DNA of 64,000 nucleotides from Octopus sinensis (taxonomy: Eukaryota): contig NC_043001.1 of assembly GCF_006345805.1 (NCBI RefSeq), forward strand, positions 42,842,001-42,906,000. The letters run 5' to 3'. The position numbers and the translations under genes are program-made. The notes under the pieces were generated by a model that was not told where the DNA came from, did not search any database, and saw only the letters and a program-made list of their open reading frames with translations. How positions within the stretch are numbered: position 1 is the first letter of the stretch; each line of letters begins with the position of its first letter. This document shows, piece by piece, positions 1 through 13,279 of this stretch.

Positions 1-630
1 AACAGTTCACGTCGTTCTGTTACAATCAAAGGCATGCACAATACAGAACATCAAAGCAATCAAAACAGTTCCCGTCGAATCAAAACAAATAATGTTCACA
101 TTAACGATACAGTTCAATACATTAGAGTCTTTCTCCTTCTTTTTCAACAACTCTGTAACACAATTCACAATGTTCTTTATAATCTCATTTCTTTTTCTCT
201 TTAGCACTGTTCTTTCTTTTTCCTCTTTCCTTCTTTCTCTCAAAATACAACAACCAAAAGACACAAACAAAACTTTACCAAACGTTCTTTCCAGTCTGCA
301 ACAATTTCAGAAACTACTACCGTAATCGCCATGCCCTCTCGCCGCAATCTCTCCCAATTCCTTCTCAGCTCCTTAATCTTCTCTGCCTGTCTTCCTCTTT
401 CACGTTCACTGTCACCACAGAAACCACCTGTCACTAACTTGCTCTGTCCCCAACTGACTAACAGACTCACATATCCTGCCTTTTAAAGAGGTGCTTCCTC
501 GAACTTTCTTTCACCTGAAAAGGGTCGAAGGTCCCCCCCCAAAAGCCATCACTCTCTCCAGAATCTGACAGGACAAAGGATTTACTCACAAAAAGTCGGT
601 CGCAAGCACTGTCCCTGAATTGACCTACTC

Positions 631-905
631 ATAACAATAATAATAATAATGAAATTATTGTATACAGTGCTCAGGTGCACCACAACTTGTCAAAAGTGCA
701 TATAAAGTATATGCAGTAATGTACAAATGTCTAGAAAGTGAACGAGTCAGATACATGCTTGCATGTGTATGGAGGGGAGAAAATCAGGTGTAGTGTTGGC
801 GAATCTCAGGAAGCATGGAAGTTTTGAAGGATGCAGTGCTCCGACAACTAACAACTGATGCTGGCTGTTTGTTCCATGCTTCAGCAACTCTCAGCGTGAA
901 AAAAT
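631..905 (-). mobile_element. CR1/L2-type LINE 3' end (5'-truncated), same family as 16185-17872
   Basis: Reverse complement matches 17600-17870, including the (ATT)n tail. Confidence 0.85.
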
Positions 906-1510
906 GGCAGCAGTACCTGATAAACCCTACCATCACCCTTTCTGTATTGTCAGTTATCACTCCCTCTTCTCAAAGCCACTTCTTATTGACATACATTGCT
1001 TATTCTTCCCATTGTCTATTTCTATTACTATTCATCACTCTCTCCTCCTCTACCACTCCCTGAATATTTTGTCAAAAGTGTGATAAATGTTTGCCATATT
1101 TAAACTATGCAGGGTTACATATGAGTTCAGTATTAATGTACTCTTCAACAGGTTAAGATGTAATCCTGTTTACATGAACAGACACACATATGCATATGTA
1201 CATGCATATACACTTTCATGCAAACATGTAGATATGGTTACAATATTGAGTCCAATTCTCTTACATTTTAACTAAGAATGTGTTGTGAAGTGTCAGTAAA
1301 AATGACATAGATAAAATCATAAGCAATATTTCAAGCTTGACAAGTGATAAAGAGTAACTAGACTTTATTGAACAATTGCAGTACAATTTTTTTAAGAATG
1401 CTCTCCGGGTGATAAACATATCAACATATTTTAGAGGAATAGGTATGGTCCTTTCAGGAAAGGAACATGTTTTTTAAAAGTGAAATATTAAATACCAATG
1501 AAATTTTTGT

Positions 1511-1516
1511 TTTATT
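1511..1516 (-). terminator. Candidate polyadenylation signal (AATAAA) of TDH
   Basis: AATAAA on the minus strand about 85 nt after the stop codon. A second candidate lies at 1364-1369. Confidence 0.45.
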
Positions 1517-1601
1517 ATAAATTTGACTTATTACAATTAGCAATCTTTAGTAAAAACCAAAACTTAAAAAATATTTAGATTGAGGCTAATGGTATTCCAA
1601 T

Positions 1602-1798
1602 TTAGGGTTCAAGGATAGCTTTAACACATTTTCCACTGAAGATAGTCTTGAATGCTTCTTCAAATTCTCTCATTGGAAACTTATGTGTAACCAGTGGCTT
1701 AACATCAACTTGACCACTAAACACCAACATTTCACAGCATTCCCAAGTATGGAATATACGTCTACCATGTACTGTTTTTAGAGTCAAAGATTTAAAAA
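1602..1798 (-). CDS. TDH: TDH coding exon 6, terminal (V-FKSLTLKTVHGRRIFHTW...THKFPMREFEEAF...GKCVKAILEP*)
   Basis: cattttcag acceptor, TAA stop at 1604-1602. C-terminus resembles bacterial Tdh (VFKGLTIQGITGRKMFxTW...THxF...GxCGKVIL). Total CDS 1062 nt = 353 aa + stop. Confidence 0.92.
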
Positions 1799-1968
1799 CT
1801 GAAAATGAAAATTTAGAAAAAGCTAATTTTATTTATAATATTTGCAAATTCAAATTGTAATAAAAATAATTATTTAAATAAAAAAAATACAATACAAAAT
1901 TGGTAAAGTGTTAAGTGTCCATAGCCTTGCAGATTCACTCTCAAATACTGGTGAGATTGATGCCATTT

Positions 1969-2250
1969 CATCATCATCATCATCATCATCGTTTAACGTC
2001 TGTTTTCCATGCTAGCATGGGTTGGACGGTTCAACTGGGGTCTGGGAAGCCAGAAGGCTGTGCCAGGCCCAGTCTGATCTGGCAGTGTTTCTACAGCTGG
2101 GTGCCCTTCCTAACGCCAACCACTCCGTGAGTGTAGTGGGTGCTTTTTATGTGCCACCTGCACAGGTGCCAGACGAGGCTGGCAAACGGCCATGATCGGA
2201 TGGTGCATTTTATGTGCCACCGGCACGGAGGCCAGTTGGGGCGCTGGCAG
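1969..2250 (-). mobile_element. RTE LINE 3'-terminal fragment with (GAT)n tail
   Basis: Matches the 3' module of the RTE at 32784-35480 and the copy at 46150-46555. Confidence 0.85.
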
Positions 2251-2254
2251 TTTT

Positions 2255-3560
2255 ACTTAAACTGTTGCAAGCTGATACTTGCAAGGGAGAAATTCTAGAG
2301 AGCCAATGTTCTGGAGGTTAAGGACTAGCAAATGTAGAAAAGTTAGAGAGAAGACAGTACACCTGTTGATCAGAAGCTGGAGCATGTCTGATAGTGATTT
2401 TAGGCCAATCATTCAAGTGTCCTTTCTCCGAATACAGTCATGAATATTTGTGTAACAGCAGCACCTTTCTGTTGTGGGCATCAATTGAGCTTTGTAGAGT
2501 GTCAGCAACAGTTGGAAACTGAAGTATTTTTGATCATGAAGAGAATGGTCAGTCTTTGGGATGTTGTTCTAGCTAAGGATGTACTTCTCATAGAGAAAAT
2601 CCTTGGTGATAGTGAGACCTAATATGTGGAGCAATCATGAAAGCTCTAGTTGAGTGCTACCCATGTTTGAGAGAAGATGTAACAATGATTTACATAATAT
2701 GAATGTTTTTTTCTTTTATTTTTTTCTTCTATTGTAAGAGATAAGATGGGCATAGTCCCTTGGAAAATGCTGTGGAGGTCTCCATTCATAGAGTTAGTGT
2801 AAGTTTCACATGTGGGGTTTTGGGTTGCATGTCAATGATGTATTGGGAAGTGTTAAGGAGGAATGAAGGGTTATATCATCTGCATAAGAACAGGTGTTAT
2901 TAGATGTGGTGGTACACAAGAGTTGATTGAATGTGGAACAGAACTCTGTCAATATACTGTGGTGGTGCAATCTGAAGGTGTTCATGGATGTGAAATTTCA
3001 GCAGAGGATCCACATAGCAGACAGTCAAAAGTTTTGTTGATGTTTAAGATAAGAATATTACTTCCATTGAATTTTTCTAAATGGGAGCTCCATTGGGAAA
3101 CATGGAAGAGTAGGTTTCCAGTGAATCTTTTAGCACTGCAGATGTTATACTGGTACTAGTTTAAAAGAGAGATTCAAGATGTAAGAACTTCACTGTTAAT
3201 GGCTGTCTCTATTATGTTTGAAATACTGCAAGTGCAATAGCTGAAAGAATCAGTGGAGTTATCTTTCTTGGGAATGGGACATACTGTAATCTGTTTCTAA
3301 AGATCAGAGTGTATACCTACTGTGAGAGAGTGAGACTGAAGAGCTTGGTGAATATAAGGGGCAAAATCTAGAGCATTGTCATTGCTGCTACTACAGTGAC
3401 CTCTGCTCCGCAGAGTTGGCTGGCCTTTAATCACTTCCACCCAGATATCCCTCACTTCCATATATATCATTCATATTGTGTTCATCTTCACAGGTTTCAC
3501 ACTGTACTCCTTCCTCAGAACATTGGTTCTCTTGAATTTCTTCCTTGCTAATATTTTTCC
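2255..3560 (-). mobile_element. Degenerate L2/CR1-group LINE reverse transcriptase fossil
   Basis: Broken minus-strand frames read PIPKKD, ADDITLHSS, ILGLTITKD and KKYFS..LLTLYKAQL. Confidence 0.65.
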
Positions 3561-3714
3561 TGCAACTATCAACATTTCTAAAGCAATTAATACTACTGGT
3601 CTTGGAGGAACAAGGAAGATATGGACACGTTTTTTATCTCAAGACTAATCCAATACAAATGAAATAGACTAGTTTGGTGTCGATTATAAAATATCTTCTA
3701 TTTTATCATTTTTC

Positions 3715-3764
3715 ACTCATTTCAGTCATTGGACTGCAGCCAAGCCAAAGCTTTGTGTACACGC

Positions 3765-3814
<50 letters not shown>

Positions 3815-3922
3815 GCTTTGGTTGACCTGGAGTTATAGTAGAAGACATTAGCACAGTGGGACTGAACCCAAGATCTCATGGTTAGGAAGCAAGCTTCTTA
3901 ACTACGCAGCCATGCCTGTACC
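3715..3922 (-). mobile_element. tRNA-derived SINE (family A), degenerate, with (CA)n
   Basis: Similar to 54497-54895. Confidence 0.7.
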
Positions 3923-3965
3923 TGTTGTGAAAAAATTAAAATTAGTGAGAAACATTATCACTTGC

Positions 3966-4134
3966 CTATGTCTCGAGTGGCATTTTCAATGTGGATTGGT
4001 TCTTTTGGCAAACCTACCATGACAACATGACCACCCTTTCTGAGCATGCCAAACATGGAATTCACCATAATTGGTGAACCAGTGCATTCACAAATTCGGT
4101 TAATACCATCATCATTTGTTAAATTCATAATGAA
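3966..4134 (-). CDS. TDH: TDH coding exon 5 (FIMNLTNDDG...ECTGSP...GLPKEPIHIENATRDI)
   Basis: tgtttcag acceptor. Donor is AG/GCAAGT (GC donor). 169 nt, phases 0/1. Confidence 0.9.
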
Positions 4135-5039
4135 CTGAAACAACAGAAATGACATTCACTTGTAAAATTGTCATACTAATCTTTGTCTATTTTACAATTT
4201 ACATCTGTATCACTGAAATGGAAGTAAACCATATAAAGCTTATGAAACAAGTTATTTTCATAATTTTGTTCTAAAAGTCCCTGTTTGTTTTCAATTTTTG
4301 TTTCATATGTTCTAATTAATGTAAAACTTTCTCTTTATAAGTCCCAAGTTTGGTTTTTATATTTATTTGAATATAACACAAATGTATATGATACACATAT
4401 AATACAAAACCACAATAAAATACAAATCCCAAACCATAGGAAACACAAACAAGAGCAAAAAATGAAAGAAAAAGAGGAAGAAAGGGGAGAAAAAGCATCA
4501 ATTCAACAGCAAATGCCTCAATTTGTTGCACACCACAAGGTTCAACAGAATCTACTGAAGCCAGTCAACATGCTCGTGGCATTACCACAGATGATGGTGA
4601 GTCTAAGGCGTTGTAACAGCCAAGTACCTTCACAGGCATCACCTGACACCTCAGTAAGGTAAGCTGCCAATGATAAAAAGAACTTTGTTGTTAGTGGCCC
4701 AACCCCTCCAAAAATCTCAAACACCACTGGCTAGAAGAAAAGGGTCACTGACAAGTCCTGGTATGAAAAAATTGGGAATGTGTTTCCTATATATGATGCA
4801 TGGATGCTAAGAAAATATGTCTTGTGTATCAACGGGATGATTTCAATTTCTAGCTAATGCCATTCACTTCATTTGTGCTACTAACACTTTTTAGGAAGGC
4901 ATAAATTTTATCATTCTTTATTTCCTCTCCCTTTCAAAATAATGGATCATTATGCCAAGTCATAAGACACCAATATTTATCAAACACAGTTGTAAAAATT
5001 GGACTGAATTAGTTGCATTTTTGTAATCAGAAATGTCCA

Positions 5040-5269
5040 TGGTGATAGGTACAAGAAAAACTGTGTAGTGAAAAAGTTACTTTACAACCATGTAGTTTCA
5101 GGTTCAATCCCATTCTGTGGTACATTGGGTAAGTGTCTTTTACTATAACCTTAGAACCTTAGGCTGATTGATACCTTGTAAAGTGAATTTGGCAGACAAA
5201 AGCTATACAAAGTCCATTGTATACAAACATATAAACAGATACACACACGTGTGTGTGTGCATGTGTGTT

Positions 5270-5339
<70 letters not shown>

Positions 5340-5470
5340 TGTGCATGCGTGCATGTGTGTGTTTGCAAATTCTTAAATTCTGAAACTGTTTGAAAAGTCA
5401 CTGAGCTATGCAGATATTCTGTTGTCATTTTCCTATTAGTAAATCATTCAGTTTCTCTGTGCTTTAAACA
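5040..5470 (+). mobile_element. tRNA-derived SINE (family A), degenerate, with internal (TG)n
   Basis: Box B-like GGTTCAATCC and family body. Confidence 0.6.
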
Positions 5471-6392
5471 CTGAGTGGAATTAAAATTTCCTCACTTGAA
5501 AAACAGGTAAGGATTGGAGAGCAAGAAAGTCATTTGGCTGTAAAACAATGTTTTATTAGTGTTCATCTAACCCATGCTAGCATGGTAAAACAGACATAAA
5601 ATGATCAAATAAATTAATGAACCCATTATCTGTATTTTCTTTCTAGCTTTGAATAACAGAGCTGAAACTCTCAAACAGCAAAAAATTTCAAACATTAATA
5701 TCTGATAATCATTCCTAGTGAGAAATTCATAAAATAGCATAAACTTTTTCCTCTTTAAAACTAAAAAATACTTCAGCTTAAACACTTATGAAACTCAAGC
5801 AAGATCCACAAAAGACTACTACTTTCATGTTTGGAAAGATGTTGCTAAATTGCAGACCTACAAGTTTCCCAGATTTCATCAAAAGGAAAGTCATCTAGTT
5901 CAATGGTAATGGCTCACCAATAGACAGCAACCTCTTGTACATAGAACTTGCTAGTTGCATATTACTTTCACCAGAGCACACAAATCTTTCCCCATCTTAT
6001 CACCTGTTCTGTGTCTCTCCTTCTACAACTCAAACTAGCTACTCTGCTTCATCTTTGCTCCTCAGAATGTCAATTCCAGGATTCTTTTTCCACCCTGTTT
6101 TTCCTGCACACTTTGACTTGCAGCTTCTTAAGCTGAACATCAGCCAATCAGTATAGAATTTCAACAGCTTCAGAGGGTCCCTTCCTCCCAACAAAATCTT
6201 TAACAAGAGAAAGAGCAAGAGAGAGAAATTGCATTTTCTATATTAGCTCATTGTTATAACTTCACTCAGTAAAGACTTTTTAGGTGTTTTTTATTATTAT
6301 TATATAACCTGATTTCTCAATTCTGAAGTTCTCTTACTTCATGCCACAGGAATTTGAAATATCTGAGTCTAAATATAAAGTAAAACACTAAC

Positions 6393-6489
6393 ATTTTTGA
6401 GATCCTGGTTTGAAGAGTTGACAATTACATCTGCTCCCATCTTTTTTGCTAGTTGTAAACGTTCATCTACTATATCTGTACAGATAACT
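6393..6489 (-). CDS. TDH: TDH coding exon 4 (R-VICTDIVDERLQLAKKMGADVIVNSSNQDLKN)
   Basis: Not in the ORF track; found by reading the minus strand. ttttcag acceptor, GTTAGT donor. 97 nt, phases 2/0. Carries the NAD-specifying Asp and the RLxLAKxMGA motif. Confidence 0.92.
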
Positions 6490-6904
6490 CTGAAAATAAA
6501 AATCAATATTTACAGAATTTTATTTACAAAATAAAATCAATGTTTATTTTTACCTGTTTGTAAGTTAAATGTAAACTTGTCTCCAAACACAAGTGCACCA
6601 TGTGGAATACTGATTTTCACTGTACACCATTGTAATTTTACCGTTTCATATTTTTTCTGGATTCAGTATTGCTAACACAGAGTTAGAGAGATGAGCTTCA
6701 AGATGGCTTTCCAACATACTAGAAATTGCTATCAAATAACACCCCACTGTCTCACATAATGTAGTTCTAGGGACTCCTAAAAAAAACTAGATGGTCATGA
6801 CCATATGCTTTGATCATTGGTCTACTTGATCAGTGTTGAATGGGGCTAAAGAGTAATAGCCACTAATATCCTCAAAATTCAAATAATTATCATTTCTTAC
6901 ACAA

Positions 6905-6992
6905 ATGTGTGTGTGTGTGCATGAGCGTGATTGTGTGTGTGTGTGCATGAGCGTGATTGTGTGTGTGTGCATGAGCGTGATTGTGTGTGTGT
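6905..6992. repeat. Short tandem repeat (GTGTGT..GCATGAGCGTGATT) x3
   Basis: Direct reading. Confidence 0.85.
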
Positions 6993-7546
6993 TAAGAAAT
7001 TTAGCAGTTGAGTGCTTTTCAACTGCCAAAGCAGTATATGGAGAGAAAAGAGAAAGAGAGGATGATGAATGATTAAGGGGAAAATGTTAAAATCTAGAAG
7101 AAACTATAAAAGACATTGTTGATATGGATAGCATGGGCATAGACAGTATTTTCTTAAAGAAGTTTCTTATAAATGGGTCCACTGCTAGCCATCCAATTTG
7201 TGAGAAACACACATTTATGATACATGTTAGGTAATAATTATAAATAGATTGGACTTGGTAGAGGAAAGATGTTTTTTTCCAATCTTGTTAATGCTGTTGC
7301 ATCCAAGCTATATATGTTGGAAGATAAAACATAACAGTTCTAGCTATTGTGAGCAATAAATGAACAAAGATATTTGATGTTTTGAAGCAAACATTGAGAT
7401 GTATCTATTAGAAATGTTGCAAATTATCAATAGTTAGATATAATACTTGTGGTAATCTGAAAGACACAATTACAGTTGCTTTAGTATGAGGTGATGTAAA
7501 ATCTGTAGGTATTAGGTATAGATACAATATAAATTATGATAATATA

Positions 7547-8306
7547 TAATTATGAAGACAAAAATATTAATATGATAGTAAGCAATTACAAGGGAAAATT
7601 CATAAAATTAATTTCTGTAATCTTTCCATTAAAGTATCAATCAAATATTAAGCCATTAAAGGCTAATGAAATAAGATAGATAAATGCACATACACACATA
7701 CACACACATGAACACACAAACACACACACTAAATAGTAATTCCATGGAAAAATGGGAGCATGAAAAGTAATAATCTTAAGATTATAAACCTGGAAAAGTA
7801 CAGGATAAGTTATTACACCCGTAAAAGTATAGGACAAGCTATTACTTCTAGTGAAGTAAAGAATAAGAAACTTTTTACTTAAAATATTGCAGCAAAGAAT
7901 GCCAGTTCTTCTAATTTATCACTCCTTACAGTTCTCATCTTTTAAATTTATTATACAAAACTGTTCAGTTAATTTGTAAGTTTGTCTAATTATTAATTTT
8001 TTTCTGTATTTAAGGTAGTAAATTAGCCAAATTCTACTTAAATAAGTATAGTGTTATTTGTAAACTATAATAAAATAAGTTTTAATATTCAAATTTTAAT
8101 TTTAGCTGCAATATTGAGTAAAAAGTTTACTTAAAAGCAATATTTTAAGTAAAAAGTTTACTTTACTAGAAGTAATAGCTTGTCCTATACTTTTCCAGGT
8201 GTAATAACTTGTCCTGTACCTTTCCAGGTTTATAATCTTAAGATTCTTACTTTTCAAGCTCCAATTTTTCTATGTAATTACTATATAGTGTGTGTGTCTG
8301 TGTGTT

Positions 8307-8378
<72 letters not shown>

Positions 8379-8525
8379 CCACGTGCATTTATCTATCTTA
8401 TTTCATTAGTCTTTAAAGTCTTAATATTTGATTGATACTTTAATAGAAAGATTACAGAAATTAATTTTATGTATTTTCCCTTGTAATTGCTTGCTATCAT
8501 ATTAATATTTTTGTCTTCAAAATTA
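7547..8525. repeat. Long inverted repeat / fold-back (arms about 7547-7893 and 8105-8525)
   Basis: The arms are reverse complements over about 350 bp; the right arm has an expanded (TG)n. Confidence 0.9.
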
Positions 8526-9361
8526 CTTATAGCATTTCATTTCTGCATTTTTCCATGTAATCTATGATGTTTTCAGGCATTACTGTTATAAGATAATGTG
8601 TCAATTAATAATTTAAGATACTGAAAGATAATATTTCAATTTTTCCATGTAAGTGATGATAATATTTTAATTCTTTTCATGTTTAATTTAAATATATGTT
8701 GTGATTGAATTATCTGACATTACCCATCCACATCAAATTAATGGCAAGGAATTTTACCATCTTGTTGGTTGCACCATGGCTCACCAAAAGTTACAAACAA
8801 GACCCCAAAACCATCAGTTACCAGGCTCACCTTAAGTAAACTAAATTTTAAGTTGGTGATAATAGCACTGACTGCTGCTAATCTAGATCTTTCAATAATT
8901 ATTCAATACAACTGTAATTATAAAAGCATACCAGATATACACAAGTTAAAATTACCTACATCCCATTAATATAAATTTGATCTATGAAAAATCCCTTTTA
9001 ATTAATTTTGAAATTTAAAAATTAAATTTAGAATATAAGCACTTTTAACCAATGCCTTTTCTGGACAGCCTTACTACAATGCCTTCATGTCTGTCCATAG
9101 AGACACAGCCAAAAATGACTATATTCCTGCCTCAATAAATTCAGATGCACATATCTGAAGCATATAACACACTAATGAACTAGCCCGATTAAATAATTAA
9201 CAAAAAAGAAACGGAAAGCAACTAAAAAGGAAAAGCAAAAAAAACAGAAAGCATGTTAATTAAAGCTGAAAGAGAAAATTGATAATAAAAGTTAAACTTA
9301 CTCTAATTCAACAGCATATTAAAAATAACTTTATTAAATACTTAATTAAAAAAATAAAGTA

Positions 9362-9590
9362 TACGAAAGGTAAAATTGACCTTGGTGGAATTTAAACCCA
9401 GAACAAGAAGACAGACAAAAATAGAAAAATGCATGAGGAATTCAGAATTGTTTGTTGCATTGAACAAAAATTAGTAGAAAAAAAGTTATAAAGTGAAATA
9501 TAATGAAATTTATTGTCAGTAAGGGAGAAAGCAAGAAGTAACTAAGCATTTTGCCTGGCGCACTAACATTTCTGCCAACTCACCATGTTA
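9362..9590 (-). mobile_element. tRNA-derived SINE (family B) interrupted by an insert of about 120 bp (9420-9542)
   Basis: The flanking halves match the reverse complement of 57191-57300. Confidence 0.75.
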
Positions 9591-9767
9591 GAATGTAAAC
9601 ATTCATTTTAGAAATATATTCTTATCTTAACATTACAGCTTGGGGGCGTTACTTCTTGCTTTCTCCCTTACTGACAATAAATTTCATTACATTTCACTTC
9701 ATAACTTTTTCTACTAATTTTTGTCAATGTGACTAACAATTCTGAATTCCTCATGCATTTTTCTATT
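9420..9767. repeat. Inverted repeat, arms 9420-9542 and 9648-9767
   Basis: Direct reverse-complement match. Confidence 0.9.
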
Positions 9768-10080
9768 ATTTAAGCCTAAGAAAAGTGTACTTTTATTTTA
9801 AAATTAAAAAAAAATTATGTTAATTGAAGATGAATAGGTGCCTTACTGCCCCCCCTTGAGGTCACAGATATTTTGATGTAACTTTTTTCTGCTGCACCAA
9901 ATCCCCAACTATTTATGCCAAAGTGTAGCTGAGGAGGTGTCCTCTTTAAAACTGTTAACAGTTTGCAATTTAGTTGAGAACTGAATTAGTGGTGAAGCTT
10001 GGAAGCTGCTGTGATTGACGAAATGGTGGACTTAAGAATATATTCAACCACTACCTTGGTTGAATGATAATAAATTTTAC

Positions 10081-10231
10081 CTGTTGGCTCCAAGGGCTTT
10101 TGCCACAGATGTTGCTAATATACCAATTGCTCCACATCCAATAATCAAAACATCTTCATTTTGTACTTCCAAAGATTCTATTGCTTGATGAGACACTCCA
10201 AGTGGCTCTAAAAGTGTAGCTTCAAGGAAAG
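10081..10231 (-). CDS. TDH: TDH coding exon 3 (S-FLEATLLEPLGV...IIGCGAIG...GANR)
   Basis: EPLG motif and Rossmann GxGxxG. tattcag acceptor, GTAAAA donor. 151 nt, phases 1/2. Confidence 0.93.
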
Positions 10232-10430
10232 CTGAATAGTAAAAAGAACTTACAATCAAAAAAATCTTTGTTAACATTAGGATACAAATAGGACATTGTA
10301 TTATCAGCGAGCAGAAATATAACTGATAATATGACTAGGGCCAATATTATATAATTATATCAGACTTCACATTTTTTTGTAATTTTCATTAAAATTTAGC
10401 ATAAAGAGCATTAATCTTGGTAAATATCTA

Positions 10431-11695
10431 TTAGTTCATCAAGTATGAAATTTGTAGAAAAGAAAAAAGTTTGCTCATGTTTTATAAATACAAGGAATAG
10501 TTTTATTCATCAAAGTATGCACCTATATTGTCAATACACTTTTGCTATTTTAGCAGAAGCTGGTCCAGCCCGGAACTGTAAAAGCCTGGCAATCTAGAGT
10601 CAATGAAATCTTGGAAGGCCTGTTTTACAGCATCATCGGAATTAAATTTTTTTCCTATCAAAAAGTTATCCAAATTTTGGAAGAAGTGGTAGTTAGTGGG
10701 GGCAAGATCAAGTGAGTATGGTGGATGATGGAGAACTTTCAACTCCAAATCTTGTAGTTTTGCCAATGTCCTTTTTGCAATGTGTGGTCTGGTGTTGTCT
10801 TGCAATAAAATAAGAGTGGATCTGTTGACTAATCTAAGCTGTTTTTTTGTAAGTTTCTGCATCATTTGGTTCAGTTGGCTGCAGTATACTTTGGCCATGA
10901 TTAATGAGCCAGGTTTAAGGAAATTATAATGAATCACACCTGTGCCAGACCACCAAACACACACCATCAGCTTCTTTTGATGAGTTTTGCTTTTTGGACT
11001 GTGTTTTGGTGGTTTGTCTTTGTCCAACCATTGTGCTGAACGTTTACAGTTGTTGTATTGGATGTTACAGTTCAATTCATCACATGTTACAGTTCAATTA
11101 AAAAATGATTCATTTTTGTGATGAGAAAGTAGCATGATGCAAGCTTCCAAGCGTTGCTGTTTCTAATTTTCATTAAGTTCATGTGGAACCCACTTATCCA
11201 ACTTTTTCACTTTGAACTAGATGGGTCAATATTGTTTGCTTGCTAACACCAAACAGCAATAATTCACAGGTACTTTGAGATATGTCTGACTTGATGGTGG
11301 CTTTCAGTGTGTCATAATCCACCTTTGTTTCTGGTTGACTGCATTGCTCATTTGTGAGATCAAATTTTGCAAACCAATTTGATACTGTCTGTTGTGTAAT
11401 AATATTAGAATGAAATACTCCATTAATATTCTGAGTGGTCTGTGATGCTGTATTTCCAAGAAAGAACTCATATTTCAAAACTGTACAAATTTCCGACTTA
11501 TCCATCTCTAAACAAAAATAGCAAAAAGTGATTTATAAATACTTTATAAAGCACAAAATGAGTTAGAATAAAGAAATAGATGTGTAAGCTTTCTAACAAA
11601 AGGTAAAGATTATCAAAATATAATAATGGCGCAAAATGAGCAGCTGTCAAAGTTTACCATATACCTTACGACAAATTTCATACTTGATGACCTAA
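10431..11695 (-). mobile_element. Full-length mariner (DD34D) transposon, inactivated
   Basis: 27-bp TIRs (TTAGKTCATCAAGTATGAAATTTGTMG) with flanking TA on both sides; 1265 bp. ORF pieces 11194-11505 (HTH) and 10545-11075 (QDNTRPH, YSLDLAPTNY). Confidence 0.95.
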
Positions 11696-12030
11696 TAAAA
11701 GGAAGCATATACTGGGTGAGAATGCATAAGAAATATAGACTATAAATCTTAGTGCAAAATTTATTTCTGTTTGATTAAATCAATCAACTATTTGGTGGGG
11801 TTTTTTTTGCCTTTTTTTTTTTGCAAAACATGGGGAGGAGCCATTTATAAAAGATCATTCAGTGAAAGGGTGCACTGAGCTACAAAAGGTTGAGGACTAA
11901 TGCACTATGTGAATACAATATTTTCATTAGTTCTCCTATCACAAACTAGATTATGAAGTTCACCAGGGCTGAAATGTATAAAAGAATAAGAGTTTTTAAG
12001 CAAACAAAAATAAGATAATTTTATATTTAC

Positions 12031-12317
12031 ATATATTGGTCTTTAAACAGTATAAATATTTTGAAGGTACAATGCTGTATTGGGAGCATCCTCCATAAAT
12101 TGTTTTGTTTCCATGACCATATTGCCCCATGTTCTTACAGATACCTTGTAACCCATGTTTACATTGGTAGCAGTGACCACAAAAAAAATGGTTCTCTACA
12201 GTGACACGTTGGCCTATGATGACTGTGGATGATGGACCACATTTCACTACAGTACCAGCACATTCATGACCTGGAGTAAATGGAATGTTAGCTATGATTT
12301 TTGCAATTTCATTCCAC
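12031..12317 (-). CDS. TDH: TDH coding exon 2 (WNEIAK...GHE...CGHCYQCKHGLQGIC...KTNI)
   Basis: GHE motif and structural-Zn C-x2-C-x2-C-x7-C. ttctttag acceptor, GTAAAT donor. 287 nt, phases 2/1. Confidence 0.93.
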
Positions 12318-13279
12318 CTAAAGAAATAAAAAAAAATAAATGAATAAATAAAATTATACATTGTCTACTGAATATAAAATAGCTTCATTTGTTATATTTA
12401 TAAAAATATATCTTAAAAATTCTGATTAAACAGTTTAATGGTACAAATACCACCAGCACAGTAACACATCACCTCTGTAATCATCACCAATGTTTTAGAC
12501 AAAATTATTGTACCTCATCTCTTCTGTAAAGCTTGGCATCCTCAGATATGTTCCAACAACTTCCTTTTGCATTTCTTTTGTTTTGCTCAGCCAAAGATAC
12601 AGTCTATCCTCATTTGATATGTATTTCACCACTTTATGAATAATCTATTGCCCTTACATATACAAACATAGCTATTTCTCCTGCACACACGTAATTTTGC
12701 TGATGTCCAACATTCTTGTAAATAGCCATTGGATACCCAAAAATTCATATGCAATTTATTACTTTCCAATTGCTGCTGATCTTCCACATTTACTATATAT
12801 ATATCTTCCTGTCACATAGAATTATGCTTCTTATGAACGTATTATGAGGGAGAGGAGAGGAATCTATTTGGATTTTTGACAAACAAAATATTTTTTTTTT
12901 TCATAAATAAAGAAAAATTTTGTCATTGCTATGAACTACAAAACATGGAGAGAGTTAGAATGATATCGTTCATAGTGTGATTGCAGAAGCTGTTATCATT
13001 TGTTATTGTTTAGCTGCTGTTTACTTTGTCTGCTTTCTAGTCTCTGATATCTGCTAATACTCTCTATCAAGTAGCTAAGGTATGCTGAATTTATAGTGCT
13101 AGATAGGCTGAGAGAGAAAAGCATAAAAAGATGGAATTGTTGCTGGAGCCAGTTCAATGCGAAGTCATGATTGGTTAAATTTTCTTATCATGCTGGTAAT
13201 ATTCTAGTTAATCATGACATCAGGTTGAGTATTCCTGCTACAAACACACTGTAAAATCTTTTTGTATAAGAAAGAAACG

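Noticed and set aside
1-600. Charged, lysine/arginine-rich minus-strand ORFs (7-270 and 240-470)
   Set aside because: No recognisable domain or splice structure. Probably a TE fragment, but I cannot assign it.
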